Below are positions 14,701 through 29,470 of a stretch of DNA of 64,000 bases, piece by piece; position 1 is the stretch's first letter; every line of letters starts with the position of its first letter. The notes under the pieces are model-generated. The model was not told where the DNA came from. It was given only the letters and a program-made list of their open reading frames with translations, and did no database searches. The stretch spans positions 53,506,001-53,570,000 of the forward strand of contig OZ260664.1 of NCBI GenBank assembly GCA_965285935.1, read 5' to 3'. The position numbers and the translations under genes are program-made. This DNA comes from Ophelia neglecta. Lineage: Eukaryota.

Positions 14701-15973
14701 ATGTAAATATCGGAAAATAGTGTGTGCATTTTCCAATCGATAAATAGAACTTAAGGGACATGACGATTCGCTCAAAAATGGTAACAATGATTCTCTCTCA
14801 AATTACAATATGAAAGATTGCAGATCATTTTGCCAGAATTTTAGACCAGTACAACACGCCTACGAATGTTCAAAAGCCACAAGCAGAGCAGAAAATAAGG
14901 TAGCTGTTAACATCCTGAAAAAAGCTATCCGGTTTATGCAAACGCCCAGTCGAAAAACATGATTACCAAACTGAAGATAGAAGAAAGTTTGATGATACAA
15001 GTATTAAAGGCCAATATACAAAAGTCTATTCCATCAAGAAAAACACATGTGGATATTCATAAGATAGTAGACGCCTCAAAATATCCTTTTTAGGGGAACG
15101 ACCTCTAAATGCTTCAAAAAACCATTGAAGAAGGACTAGCCTGGTGTCTCAATCGTAAAATGGAAGTCAGTGGCACAGTGTAGATGAGGATACAGAATGT
15201 TGTGTACACTGGATCTCTAAGCAGATCATGGCAACTCTGAATGTAAGGATTAAATGAAATTGAAAAAATATTTAAACAAAATAGCAAAAATGTAGACTGT
15301 GGGAAAAAACATTCTAGAAATGTTCAAGTCTGTTTTATTCACAAATATATATAGCAGTACAAATGCTTTTATAAAGAAACTCTAGGGCATACTTGTTGAT
15401 CTAACGCATAACTCACTCAGCAAGCACGTATACATGTAGGAGACATATGCCGCGGTCAACACTAAACAATTTAATTTATTGTTAAGCAACCATTATAGAT
15501 ATTATGGGGCGTGGGTTCTTTTGACCAGCATCAGAAATACTTTTGCTCCAAGTTTTGAACAGCAGAAGCACACAATTTGATTTCTCTTAGTAGGGCCAAT
15601 GCCACATAACATATGCATAACGAAACAACTAATGAACCATTAGATCCTTAACGTTTGCATTCTGTTAAAATATACATAACTAGGCCTACTATCCGACGGA
15701 ATTTCTTGAATGATAAGTTTTAACCGACCCGGGTTTATAAGGCGATGGCCGTTACCGGAGACTCAGATTGTGTCCCTGGAGCTGGTAAACTGTATAATTC
15801 ATGAGGTTCTGGCATAGTTTTTGTGGTCCTTCAAAGACAAACTGTACTGCCTGACACTAAACTTTGACATCAATTTTCCCACACATATTTCATGCATGCA
15901 AATCCTTGTAATCCGTAATATAGTTTATTCTTATTCACCTTTGCTAAATGGTCATCCTTTCCCGTTTGTGCAT

Positions 15974-16080
15974 GTATGTCAGACTCAACCCACACAAATG
16001 TAAGTCGGACTCAAGCCTTACAAATGTATATCAGACTCAACCCTTACAAGAGTAAGTCAGCTAGACTCAACCCCTACAAG
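15974..16080. repeat. 26-bp tandem repeat, ~4 diverged copies
   Basis: GTAAGTCAGACTCAACCCTTACAAAT-like units. Confidence 0.85.
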
Positions 16081-19000
16081 TCGCTACACTAGACTATCAC
16101 ACAGTCATATACATTATAAACGATAACAGTCTAAGACCCTGTACAACGTCTTGACTAAGATCAAAGATATCTTGGGCGACCTAGACCCGGTATTTTCGTG
16201 GTTTTATGCCCTTATTATGCTTCTAGGTGTTAGGTTATGCTTGTAGATTGTCTCGGCGGCTGGTTTGTTTGTTTCTCCTTTGACAAACATCCTCATTGAA
16301 GATAATACAACAATTTATTAAATGTAAATATATATTACATGGTTGTGTCAAATACAATAACTGCAATGTTTGGCTCCCACACTATGTTTTCTGCGAAATT
16401 GACTGTTTGAATGTTTCTGCGAGAGTTGATTGCTGGGAAGGTAGCGCTGAGCACGTTAGAGTAGGTGTCGGCACGAATCACTCTCCTCTTACGAGATGTA
16501 CAATCGTCTTACATTGCTTCAGCAAACGAAGGCGATTTCCAACAGCATTCCACCATTTATTTTGTTTGCTGAGCTTGGGGTAATGAATGAGTACTTGCCA
16601 TTTTCATCCGTCAATCTGCCTCAATCCAATCACATATTTGACTTTTCTGTTTCCATGATTCCTTTCCGGAGCCTCCACCGATTGAAACCCCAGGCTCTAT
16701 TAAACCGAACTTTTATTCATGATGCTAATACCAGTAAAATGTCCACCATTTTTGTTTTTGATGCAATTACGTTGCTTAGGAACTAAACACTGCAAGACAG
16801 CATAACATGAATAATTCATGGTTTAAACTTTCCAAACTTGTTCCTTATCATCTCTTTCTTTTACTGCGGAGACTCTTTATCGACACAGTATGGTGTCGAC
16901 TTCATTTAACTGTCTCTAACTAATGGGTATCGTTTTCATAATGATTCTATCTAATGGAGCTTTTTTTTTAAATTATGCCATCCAATGGGTCAGCACATGT
17001 TTATGCCTATCAAAATGTTCTTATTCTCTATTATATTATTATAAGTCATGCTGACCGGGAGGCCAATGCAAAACCTTGGGATCGCATTGAATTAATCCGG
17101 TACCGCCTGATGAACCTTCATCGCAAAAGGGTTAGGGGAGCTTCTCGGAGATTTTTCTAACAAAAGTTTTTTATGACTATTTTCTGCAACTTGGAGCTTA
17201 ATAGAAGATTTCCTTGCAGATAGCTAGCATTTTGATAAGTTACTGTCATAATGACTTTCCTTTACAACCCTGCGTGGAGCAACCCCACTCTAAAATGTAG
17301 AAAGCACCCCCACCCCCATCCCCCTCCCCCTCCATGTTCCAGGCAGCGTGTGTAAGACAAATCTTAGCTACAGTTGTCAAAGAAAATAATTCAATAGTAA
17401 TCTGTTATACACGTCAAAAGTAAGCAAGCTGCCACTGACATCCATGCCAAAATGGAACAGTTTTTTCTACACCACCCGGTGCCATGAGAGGTTGGAGCAC
17501 TGATAAGATGGGTGGGTGTAGTCGAGTGCCTGTGGTGTAGCCTACCTGTTGTACAATTGTACGTGTACCACGTGTCTTTTTGGGCAAGAGTGGCCTAGGC
17601 TAGAACCGTGTGCCCGGTCGACTATGAGTGTGATTTGATTAGCATATTTCATATTTACCTCATCATCCGCCTGAATGCGGAGATCAGTTGATCAAACACG
17701 GACAGGGGGGATTCCGCCAGCTGTTATTTGCCGACTGCCTGGAAGAGGAGATGAACTAGCGTGTTATTCGTAATAAAATCCCTTTCAAAATAGAAACCAA
17801 TTTGATTCGTGCTGTTCACTGAATAATTTGTCATATCTACCTACAACGCAAGATTATGGCAAAATGTGAGTTTAATATTCAAATATAAAACTATGATGGT
17901 GTTCCATATAGATAACTTGTCGAAACTGAAAATATACTGCTACTCCTAAAAACGCTTGCAAATAGTAATATACATGTATAAGGAATTTAACCTATCGGCT
18001 AATCACGATGTTCCCGAAAACTCACGCAGAACCTTTTGGGCGAGTTCCTGTCCAGTTATGAATTTGTCAACAAATTATTCAATCTTGATCAAATGTACGA
18101 CTGCCGTTGATAAATAGAGAGACAAAACTGGAACATCGTTGTTTACGATTACGGGTTGACCTTTTTAAGTCAGATATAAAGGAAAAATTGAACATCATTA
18201 GTTGTGCTTGGGGCATCAATTACCTTCTTGCCTAGAGTATATTTTGCTGAATGTCAACTGATTTGTAAGGAATATATACCCATGGGGGGGGGGGGGATAC
18301 TCTCCATATACCTTGGTTAGTACATATGTGCCCCGTCATTGACAGAGTAACAAATAGAGTAACAAATAAACCAATCAGGACATCATCAAAAGTCAGGTGT
18401 TGCCTAATGAGAATTATTTATCACAAGCAGCCGACGTTTTTCAAATATCAAAAACATGCCAAGAAACAACACTTTGTAAAGTTTTTTTTGTTTTTTTTTA
18501 ACGGCATTTCCTTAACCTGTTGGCAGTGGATCGTCTGGTTCAAACGTCGCTGTATCAACAGGCTATTTCTATTTTTTGCCAATCTGGCTTATATTGCATG
18601 GAAATGTATATGAAGGTAGTGCACCAATATGGGCAGTGGCCCTATGCAAAATTAACTCTCTTCTGCACAATAAAGCTACAATTCCGTAGCTTATAGGCGT
18701 CTAAAGGCCTAGACACCAACAACAATTCGCCTTCATTCCTGCAGTTAATCCCGGAATTGTTCGTTTCTGTCTTTCTTTATTTTACTTCTTCCCGGTAAAT
18801 AATACAACAATTTGTAAATTCAAAATATATAACACATACTTCATTTTTTTATGGCTAGGCCATATATATACAAAGCAATTCCAAGTTAAGCAGTCGCTGG
18901 ACGATTAAAGATCACTCAGGTTTGACCATATTAGTCACTAGTCTGACGGTCATTAATTAATTTGAACCTGTTCTTCAAATTCTATGTAAAATAATGGCAA

Positions 19001-21429
19001 TGTCTGATATCCTACACGTTAAGATTTCAACACAAACCATATTATAGGCTGCCCTGTTTTTGTTTGCAAATGACTGCGAATGCTTCTCAGTTCTGGGAGA
19101 GGTGACAGCGAGAGATGGGCATGGTATGCTGCAAATTAGGCTGCCCTTGACATGTTGTATGTGTCTGGCCGAATCCACCATTTATAACGCATGCTTTTGT
19201 CTTATTGCTTCAGTGTGTGGAAGGAAGGGGGTTCGCAGTGATCCACCATACATAGTACTGCTGTGAAGCACTCAAAAAATAATTTTCCCATATAACATAT
19301 GAAAATATTACCCCTACATCTAGCTAATACCTTTTCGCATCAGTTCAGGGCGAGCAAACAAGGGAGTATGTTACTACCGTATACGGAATGTGCTGTGTAG
19401 ACTGGTTATGTGCCATTTCTTACCTGCATCGAGCAGCCTAGAGCGGACAAGAGATTAATAAACAGATGTCGTAAAAGCTTCCTCTCCGTGAAAATGATAC
19501 ATGCGACCGGCAATGATATTACTGTGAATTGACATGTCTGAGACCATAAACGGGCTGTACTGAGAGCAGACTATATCAACAAGAAGGAAATTGACTATAA
19601 TATTATATCAACAATATTCTTAAAGCACCAGGCTATGCCATAAACGCTTTAATAACATTGTATTACTGCACTTACTATGAATCATTTGGCACCTAAGCAC
19701 AAGTAAGAGCGGACACTATGGACCAAATACCCGAACTCAATAGAAGAAAAACCTACAATTATTTAGGCTAATATAGTCTAGCCGGGATCGAAACAAAATC
19801 CTACCTGAAACACTATAAGCCGGTTAACATCTTTTATTTCTGCGGAAGAGACTTCCCCATTATTTCTGCCTCCCTAATACAAGTAATCACAGTCTTGAAT
19901 GAACGCTGCATGAGCTAAAGGCTCTTCGATGAAAATAGGCACTACAAACAAAATCGGTTATCTTTCGGATCGTTTTAATTTGAAAAAAGGGAATATCACG
20001 CTACATTATGTCGGCAACACCAACTATTTTGGCTATATGATGAATGAACACATTTCAAGTAACATTCAAATATCAGTCATATGCCAGCAGTTATCACATG
20101 AAAACTGTACTGTATCGTTAAATAAGCTGAAACGCAAATCTGGGAACCTTGCGGATAATTAACATTACGGTCGACTAACTACTTTACAACGACCTGGTGG
20201 CTAACAAAGAAAAACATGAAGTAATCACATAACAGGTGATTTAGACAAAACTTCTTGTGCAACTAGACTCCATCTATGTTGGCTGGTGGGTGTCTTGTAA
20301 CAGGAAGAGGGACGTAATTATTTTCTTGCCTTGTTAAACTTTAGATGCCTCAGTGATTCGGCATCTTTTGAACAGTTTATCAGAAAGAAAAAAACGTACG
20401 TCTGCTGCAGTTTAGCATTATCGCGGTACCAGAACTAGTCAAAATAACAAATTGATCGCTAGCTAAGCTGCGTGTGTTCGTGACATCATTACTGTTTTAA
20501 TGATGATATATGCTGACTCCATGGCCAAGAACCATCCAGTGAATGCATCTTCCTCGGATATCTCAGGCTGCTCCAAAAGCCGAACTAGAGCCGCTGACCG
20601 CCAAAGTCAGCATAAGTATACATCCTCCAGGTAGGCTACAAGGTATGACGAATTGAAGATAGAAATGTCTACTTAATAAGTGTTAGAGTTGATGGCCTAT
20701 TTCATCGGAATGTCGATTTATGCGCTATGCCTCGTATGCAGCTTAGAGTTGCCATTCTTTCATTAGAATGCTGGGCTACAGAACAAAGTGCCTGGGTCAT
20801 TGGTGTATTGTAAGTTTACAATTGGCCGATGATAAATAAAAGATAATGAATATACCATATCAATGTATTCTTCTCATTGAATTTATTTATTATTAAAAAG
20901 AGAACAACCGTTCTTTACATTTCAAACTGCCGCAAAAACTAAACAGGAAACTCTAAAAATGGAAGCCCTGCGACTAAAATGTTTCTTGAAAAGAAATGGA
21001 ACTGTGCCATCCATAATGGGCTAGAAGATATTTAATTATTTAGCACCACACCCTAGTGAGTTAAGCGAAACCAGAAATATATCTATTTTTCTGTAAATGA
21101 CTTACGAAATGTTGTTTTTACGATTAAAACGTACTTCTTAATAGGCCTGCTATTTTTTTAATGCGTTAGCATACATTTGAAGAAAAACCCACGTCATTGT
21201 AAAGGCTTATTTGGAACTATATTAAAACTATTTTAACCTCTTTTGTGATTTTATTGCGTTTGTATTCATTGTTTATATTAAGATTTTTACAGGACATTTC
21301 GGAAAACAACGTGGATGCGCGATCCACACCAGGGTAAGATGTAAACATAAATTAAGAAGTCAATATGATTACACTACACTGAGACGTGTATCCTATGTAC
21401 TCACAGCCACATGGAGGGCAATGGTATTT

Positions 21430-21565
21430 TCAGTTTAATTCTTATCTGACTAAATGCCCGACCACATAGTTTGCTCGTAGAGGATAGAAGCAGTTGCTCG
21501 CCTGGTGCTCTTACTGTAAGGAGTTCCGCAGGGATCATTATGGGGCCGACCCTCTTCCCTGTGCC
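21430..21565 (+). mobile_element. Decayed non-LTR (CR1/L2-like) reverse transcriptase fragment
   Basis: GGA GTT CCG CAG GGA TCA, a 1-nt frameshift, then ATG GGG CCG ACC CTC TTC give GVPQGS.MGPTLF, the LINE RT motif; upstream SYLT-like remnant. Confidence 0.6.
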
Positions 21566-22878
21566 GTGAGTCATGTCATTTGTTGTCATAACCTTAGCCT
21601 CAGGAGATTCACCTGTTACAAAAGATGGATAGCACGAAACCGCCAATGGCCAAAAGTAGCTTCTGCTAGGAGTATGTTTTAACAGTCTAAAAAAATGTTA
21701 TTAACCTGAAGAAACCCTAAGGGAGAAAATATGCAAGGAAAACGTTTAAATAATGGGATAGTTACACAAAGAGCTGCAAAAAACAGTATGCAAAAAAACT
21801 ATATTTCAGAAAACTGGTACTAAAGTGTGTGTGCCTTTAGTGCGTGTCTTCGCGCCCCTAGCCATAAAACAGACTACCCAATGAATGTAGGAGTAGAATG
21901 AGAAATACTCTGTCAATTGAAATATATTGTAAATGGCCATTTGCACAACCCTAAGACTGATCTTCATTTTGATCTTGACTTCTTGTACTCAATAAATCAA
22001 CAGACTGTCACTTGCTTTTCTGGCTTCAGGATATGAAATGAACATCTATATAATCTTTACTTGTGATATAAAAACATTCCTAAATGTATGCGCAGCACTA
22101 GATCTAAATATATTATCATAACGTGGTTTACAATGTGAATCTTGTTTTGATGTAAATTGAGTGAGTAGATAAATTTGAATTTATATAAACTTGAATGTGT
22201 GTATGTCGCAAGCCATGAGACGCAATATCCAAGGAGAGCGTCCTGCATGCTTGCTACCAGAATATATGGGTATGTGTATGTCCACGAGTCCCAGGGGTAC
22301 ATCCGTTGACTAGCAAATTTGACAAAGTAGAGTTTCATAAGAGCATCATAAATTTTCGTTTTTCCTGAACTGGAAAGACGAAAACGTCTATTCCCTTTGG
22401 AATGAATAATTCGCATATTTGTATTCTCGTGCCTCCTATGTAGAGCACCAAAACAGTATAAAAATCTGTTTTTAAGTCATCCAACTACATCAAGATGTTG
22501 CCAATGTGTTGGCCTCTAAAAGTCTTGCAATGTGTGGGAAATTGGAGTCGAACTTAAATTGTAAAATGTCCTCAGCCTATATACATTGTAGGCCTAGTAT
22601 AATAGTTCAATAGTGTATATTGCTGTGTTGTTAATTAACCTGCAGCCCTAAGATGATTAATTAAATAATTGCGTAGTGGTCCTGACGCCAAATAATTTGG
22701 CTTTTGTCATTTTTATTATTCAATACTCAATATTCAATATTCAAATATTAATATCTCCCGCATTTATCAGTCGATGTTATATATATATATATATTAATCA
22801 CAATATTTGTACCTGAAATTTGAGGGGTGGGGGCCACGATATTTTTATCGAGATATGCAAAATTACCGCTTCACCATG

Positions 22879-22926
22879 CCCCCCCCCACACACACACACA
22901 CACACGCAACCCCCCCCCCCCCCCCC
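22879..22926. repeat. Poly-C / (CA)n compound microsatellite
   Basis: A C-run, about nine AC units and a second C-run, seen directly. Confidence 0.9.
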
Positions 22927-24587
22927 TGGCATGAATCATGATAAATCCCTAACACCCGCGAATGGCTTGACCCGTTTCGTCTTGTAATAATATTGAAGTT
23001 TCCGTCTTTTGGCAATGTCGGGCTGGCTCATTGTTTCTTCCATTCATAAAAAAATCTCTGGCGGTTAAACCATTCTACGTGACGCAAGGGCCGTGTAGGT
23101 ATTGAAATGTGACCCATATTCTCTTAAAGACAAAAAAAAGTAACAATACACATAAATGAAGTTCTTATATCTTAAGTAATTCTATCGATAAATATTACTT
23201 GGTCATTTAAAATAGTAAATTGAAATAAAGTATTCAGTTTTGACAATCGAAATGAAATTGTTAGTAATAAACTCCCCCCAGACGAAAGTTGACAATAGCC
23301 CAGTCCATCGGCTCTCATGTCTGTCGACATGGCAACCGTGACGTCATGCGGTCTGAGTTGGTTGTGGTATCCACGATGTTGCTAAGGGTTTGTAAAAGTT
23401 TGTTGTCGTAACTATAAACGTCGCTAAGGCTTGCGGTTACTTTAACATAAACAAATGACGTGTGACCTGTCACGATTTTAAAAAGGTCACACTGACCAAA
23501 TTAATGTCATTTTCATATGTAGAACGGCCTCAAAGGAGTTTAGAGCGATAATAGAATTCGTAAGACACTGTATCATATATCTACCTTGTAGGGCCTTCGA
23601 TATTTATACTATAAATATCATTGCCCTTTTTAGCACTAAAAACAACGTGACAAAACTATGATCCTACCTCTTTTATATTCCTACTCAAGTAAACTAAGTT
23701 GAAACAAAAGGGACTGTATACCAGCCCCCTCCATCCTCCATCCCTCCTCCCTCCTCCATCCCTTCACGTTCACACATATGATTCCGGATATGAAGTCTTT
23801 AATTAATTGGCTTCCCAAGACTAATCTACCTTTTAAGCAGGATGGGACTCACACCCGTCCCACCGAGCACGGTAACGGCATACACTATAACGGATCCTTC
23901 ATGCGGTATTATAACAAAGTTTGTTTTAAAAGTGCAGTTGTAGTTTGGACGTTTTTATCAGCTGAAAATACTACGTGTATCGTTAATAGCAATGACCTAT
24001 GAGCATTCGGTCATCAGCTTTGTGATATTAATTACAGAAACGACTTTAACTGGAAACAAATGACAGGCTTGAAGCATTGAGAAGGACCTTTGAAAATGAG
24101 TCAAACAAGATGCAGCGGAAAATAAATCCCTAGTAGGTGAAAACAAAACATCAGTCAAAGTGCTCGGCGATACCTACCAACATACAAACTGGAACGATTG
24201 AGAAAGTATTAACGGTCTGAACAGGAACGAATGGTGGCAAAGCCCAAGCAGCTACTACCATACTAACAGACGGCCTATCTGGGTCGACCGCGCCAATAAC
24301 GGACGGGACAAATCCAAAAGCCACCATGTCTAAAGACCACTGTATGATCATCACTTAGACGCCCGTTCTGTAGACCGACCCAATGACACGGAATGACACC
24401 ACTCCACCAAGGGATGGCTAAAAGATCGAAAGAAAACTGAAAAACACAACTAACATCCACAGAAAGAAGGAAACCACATAATGAAAGAGATGAGAAGAGA
24501 AATCGCGGCTTGAGGGATAAAAGAGAAAATACAATGCTGTGCTTACAGCACATCCTGCCTGTTTGGGGCGCTCCCGGGAGTCGTGTA

Positions 24588-25588
24588 GGCAGGTGACGCT
24601 CACCAACAGGGTTTTCATTATTAGATATCCTATTAATATAGTGTTTGTTTCACACAACTTGTTAACATTGCATTATTAATTATTGACCATATTGTCTGTA
24701 TCTTGTCATTTTCACCTGTTAATAATCTAATAAATGACCATATCAATTGCAGTTAAGCTTCAGTTTTATGGTTTAATTTCTAGAGGCAAGCTGGCCTCAA
24801 TAAATCAATAGTTGTACAACAAATATTTTTATTGTAAGCGGCTTCCCAGCTTCATTTGTGACCGGAAGGGCCTAGCAGAAATCGCCTCCGCTTGGCCTTT
24901 CCGGGAAACTTTTTATCACCATCTGATCAATCAGAATTCCGGGAAACTCTTTACCACCATCTGACCACTGAGAACCATTCGCGGGTCTCTTGTTGCCTCT
25001 CGGCCAGCAGTATCACTCTCTTGTTCCCTCTTGGCCAGCAGCATAAAGACGTTCTTTTACATCTCTCCATATCGTAGATCGATAACACACTGCTGCCCGT
25101 TAATCAAAGTTAACCCGCCCTCCTCCCTTCTCACTGCGGGGTTGGCCTATCAGGTAGATATTTTATCCATAGTTCAACTCTCTTAGTGGCCTTTGGTAAC
25201 TTTTCTTTAAAGTACATTTGAAAATCGTTTATTCCTTCAGCTTGCCTTAGGCAAAGCACCTGTATATATGTCCATATTGTGCTGCTATTATATGTCACCT
25301 CATTGTAACATTCATTTAACTTACTACTTGTTCTATGAACCTTGTTCTGCTCACTATTGTTTCTCGTCCCAGGGCAGGTGACGCCCTCACACGGGGTTTA
25401 TTATCAGATATCCTATAAATATAGTGTTTGTTTCACATTACTTGTTAAAATTGTCATTATTAATTATTGACCATATTGTCTGTATCTTGTCACTTTACCC
25501 TGTCAATAATCTAATAAATGACCATATCAATCACAGTTAAGCTTCAGTTTAATGGTTTAATTTCTAGAGGCAAGCTGACCTAAATAAA
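24588..25588. repeat. ~217-bp direct repeats (24588-24804 and 25373-25588) flanking a ~570-bp non-coding core; possible small non-autonomous LTR-type element
   Basis: Both copies run GGCAGGTGACG...TTTCTAGAGGCAAGCTG.CCT.AATAAA with high identity. The core contains a 38-bp tandem duplication (TTCCGGGAAACT...CCATCTGA). Confidence 0.8.
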
Positions 25589-28500
25589 GACTATAATGAT
25601 GATGATATCGTGCGCGATATTAGTGACTTTGCTAAAGAGAAATGTGAGAAATGTGAAAATGTGAGCCAATTGGATGAGATACTTCAATATGGTTTGTTGC
25701 TAAGAATAAAAGATATGCCTGACTATTTACTCATTGTACTATATGACTACGTTATACAAACCATGAGTATATAGTAGCTGCAAAGGTTGCCATAACCCAT
25801 GAATTGCCCAATTCACGATTTCTAAAACGGAAATTGGGGGTACCATTGTATATTGAGCCAAGAACGGAAGTCCAACCCAAAATATGCAATGTTAACATAT
25901 ATTTTCCTTTTCAGCATGTCCTTAACGCTGTTGGGAACCTGGGGGGGTTCGGTGAGCCTGTTTGGCCCTCGGACTAAGTCAAACAAATAAAGGAAAGTGA
26001 TCCTGAGGAATCACACTTTGAATAAGTTCTATGAGGTTAACAAATTTGCAACAAACAAATCCTTTTTTTTTGTACAAGACAAGGGCGCATTGGCATATAT
26101 TTTCTTTTAACAGTGTAAAGCCAAATAAAAAGAAATTACTGAGATAGAAATTGACTGAAATTAATAAAAAAAAAACCGGTGAATTAATATCAAATAAATT
26201 TCTTTCGTCGCTATTGGAGACGTCAAGGGATGTTTACCTCCATTAAGGCAGTCCCAATAATTATCATTAAAAAAAAATCTAACATGTTTGGAATTTCCCT
26301 AAAAATTGATGGAAAGTGGGACGGCCTAACATAAAATAGTATTTTATTGGGTTGTTTGATCTGTTTGATCCTATTAGAACTTTACTCACAAACCCATATC
26401 CTAAATCAAAATATAATTGCCATTACATCTTTAACAAATAAGATCTGCCCGGCATTTCTGTCCGTTTAACTGACAGCCGCCGGGCGTTGCATTATGAAGA
26501 CGGTGTGTTGAGACGGTGTGTTGGGGTAATGTTGCTTGGCAAATTAAATAAAAACTTTTCCAGGTCCACTGTATCGCCTCGGTCTCGCCTGCTGGAGTTA
26601 GATTAAACAGTGGCACCAAGATGATCATGCATATTTAACTGGAAACGATTTTTCAGATTACCGCTCATAGTGAAGCCCAGGCCAAAATAAAGTTTATATA
26701 AAATCTAAATAACAGAGTTTGATAAGATTTCGTTGATCCGTAATTAATCATGACGGAGGGACTTGGGGTGATACTGGGAGTTGAGTGTTGCATACATCAA
26801 TCGGATCCTATATGCAACACACTTAAATACAGATCATTTAAACTATTGTTCTGAACCACGATGTTTGTTATCTGCGATATTTTATTGGTTAGAGTGGTCG
26901 TTTTCGCATTCAGGACACTATTTCTCTGTCATTCTTCAATCAAAAGTTGCAAATGAGGTGAATTTGGAGTAGTGTTTTGTTTTTCACTTAAATAGGTTAA
27001 ATCACTTGTACAATGGTGCAGGCACTTGAGAATGTCTGACACGAGAGTTTTAAAAGGCATTCATAAAATAAAAAAGGCCTAAATGTCATTTTATGATGTC
27101 TCTACCTACATTATCGTGATTATATAATGTTGAACTGATAAAACAAAACGACATTTTTATCCATTGTCGCTTCATCTTTTGATTAAACATGCGGATATCA
27201 ATCAGGTAATAGCAACACTTAGAAAACAGTTCCCGATATACTTTGGCATTCCTTCTGGTTACAATCATTCCACATTTTATTCCTCTTGATTTAATCAGTC
27301 AGTCAAAAACACGTATTAGATTGGAACCCCTGTAGCTGTGAATTCATCGTGCAATCATCCTTAGAGCCCAAAAGGCGGTAATCATTCTTGCAGACAGCCT
27401 CAAGCGCCAATCTGCTATACGACAGTTCTTTGAACGCCTCGCTTCTCACTTCGATCAAGCCCGTGGAGTACCAATGTTTCAAGTTCCGCTGTGCTTGAAA
27501 CCTATAACAAGTAAATGCTTCCGACTGACTAACAAGCACTCCCTCCCTTTTTTTAACGATAATTGTTTTCCTTCTTGCTACAGAGAACTGAGAACTAATG
27601 TTCAACCTCGAAAGTCAATGAAGCTTTTATTCCAGGTGCCTTGGCATTTAACAAAAAGCATTGGAACCTTGGAGCTCAAAGAGGCGAAAACGTTCCACTC
27701 ATAAAAGGCTCGGCAAGAGAGAGTAAGTTTTGTGGGACAGCGTTTTATTTATTTAAAATGATCAAAACAGTTCGCAACAGAAACAGTACCATGCCATGAA
27801 GTTCACTTTATAAGCTCTCGAGTTTATCAAGATACACGTTTGGTGGTATTTACAAATAAGCAATTTGTGTTTATTCAGTATGTACAGGTATGGTCGATAC
27901 GGTTTTTAATCCAGGATTTTCTCGTAATAAACGTTGATTCGGAAACGTGCACAAAATAAAGGAAAAAACTATCTTATTCAGGTCACTAGCAAATCAGACC
28001 CTCTTTTTCGCGTCGACTGAGCTTTGATTACACAGTTCGTGCATAAATCCAATAACATTTAACTCCAAGTATTGTGTCCTCTCAGAACATTGGCGGTCTT
28101 TATAACCTGTTGGTGGTAAAGAAATTATATTTTTCTTGAGATGAAATTTGGGTAAAACACCTATATAAAGGTCCCGGGTATCCAAAAAAAGTGTGTCTGC
28201 AAAGGTATTTTCATATTATTTTTGCTCATTAGATCTCAGTCGACAAATAAGAGCTTTTCCAGAAATTGTCCTCAGGTGGGGGGGGGGGGGTCGTGGGGGT
28301 AGGTATTTAATTTTGGTCCCACTCCCATGCAGACTCGCTTGAAACGCCCCTTTCCTAACCCCCCGACACATACGACTTATAAACATCCTACCCCCAGACA
28401 CAGGCTATTTATAGGTTTCAACCCCTTTCCTACTGGTCGAAAATTTTCAAAAATTCTTCAAAATTAACTTGCTTTAAAACGAGAAGTGAGTTTTAGCAGC

Positions 28501-29306
28501 ATTTCTGTTTTAGGTTGGCGTAGACCTTATCGCAACTTAAGTAACCATTGGAATTGAAATGTTGATATCCCAATTGGCAATAAGTTACTGAGTTATTCCG
28601 ACCTCAACTAGTGGAGATGGCAGTAGACTTCTGGGGCTGATAACTTGCAGGGCAAGAGGCCTCCTCAAACGGCACACGTAGCTCCTGGATTTTCCGCTTC
28701 CGTACATTTTTGCCTCCCTCTATTAGGTCAATGGCTTATATGTGCCAAGTGTAAAAGGGGGAATGGCAGTCCTGAATTGAAGAACAGGCAGCATTCATTC
28801 TTGATATTCCCGAAAAATTGTGTAATGGGCTTCCCGCTCCTGTTATGAAAGACTTGTAACAAGCTAGCTATTTTAATAGTGAAACTGACTGCCGTGAGGG
28901 GAGCTGCATTTAGAAGGTCAGCTTTCCAATAAGTTATAGGTAAGATTTTATAGCTAATGATGAAGAAGGTTGAAAAATAGGATGCTAGGAATGTCCCAAT
29001 TCTAATCGTAGCCAAAATGTCAAAAAAAAAACTTTAAATTTGAAAATGACACATGCATGGACATACATGAAGAATACCGGGATATACATGTGCCAAAACA
29101 AAATGTTTCACTTCGCAGTTTTAACTATCGGTATGAACATGGCGGACCAAAAGCTCACGTGCCTATTATGAGGTCTCTAGTGTAACAATGTGATCAAGCA
29201 TCCACCAACAGACTTCTAGTGGCACAATGAAACGAGGCATTCATCAAGAGGTCTCTGGTGACACAATGGAATCAGGCAACATCTAGTGGCACAATGGAGT
29301 TAAACA

Positions 29307-29470
29307 GCGGGTGAGGATACCCGGCAGACAATACTAAATCGTGAATCAAGTACTGACAATTAAATCGGCCCGAAATCGCCAGAAACCATCCTGCAGACCC
29401 ATAAACATTAATTACCAGTTCCCTAACTGTAAATAAGCTTGTAAACATAAAAGTGATAAAAGAAAATCTC
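29307..29470. repeat. Diverged interspersed repeat, homologous to 1482-1650
   Basis: Same-orientation alignment with 1482-1650. Confidence 0.7.
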
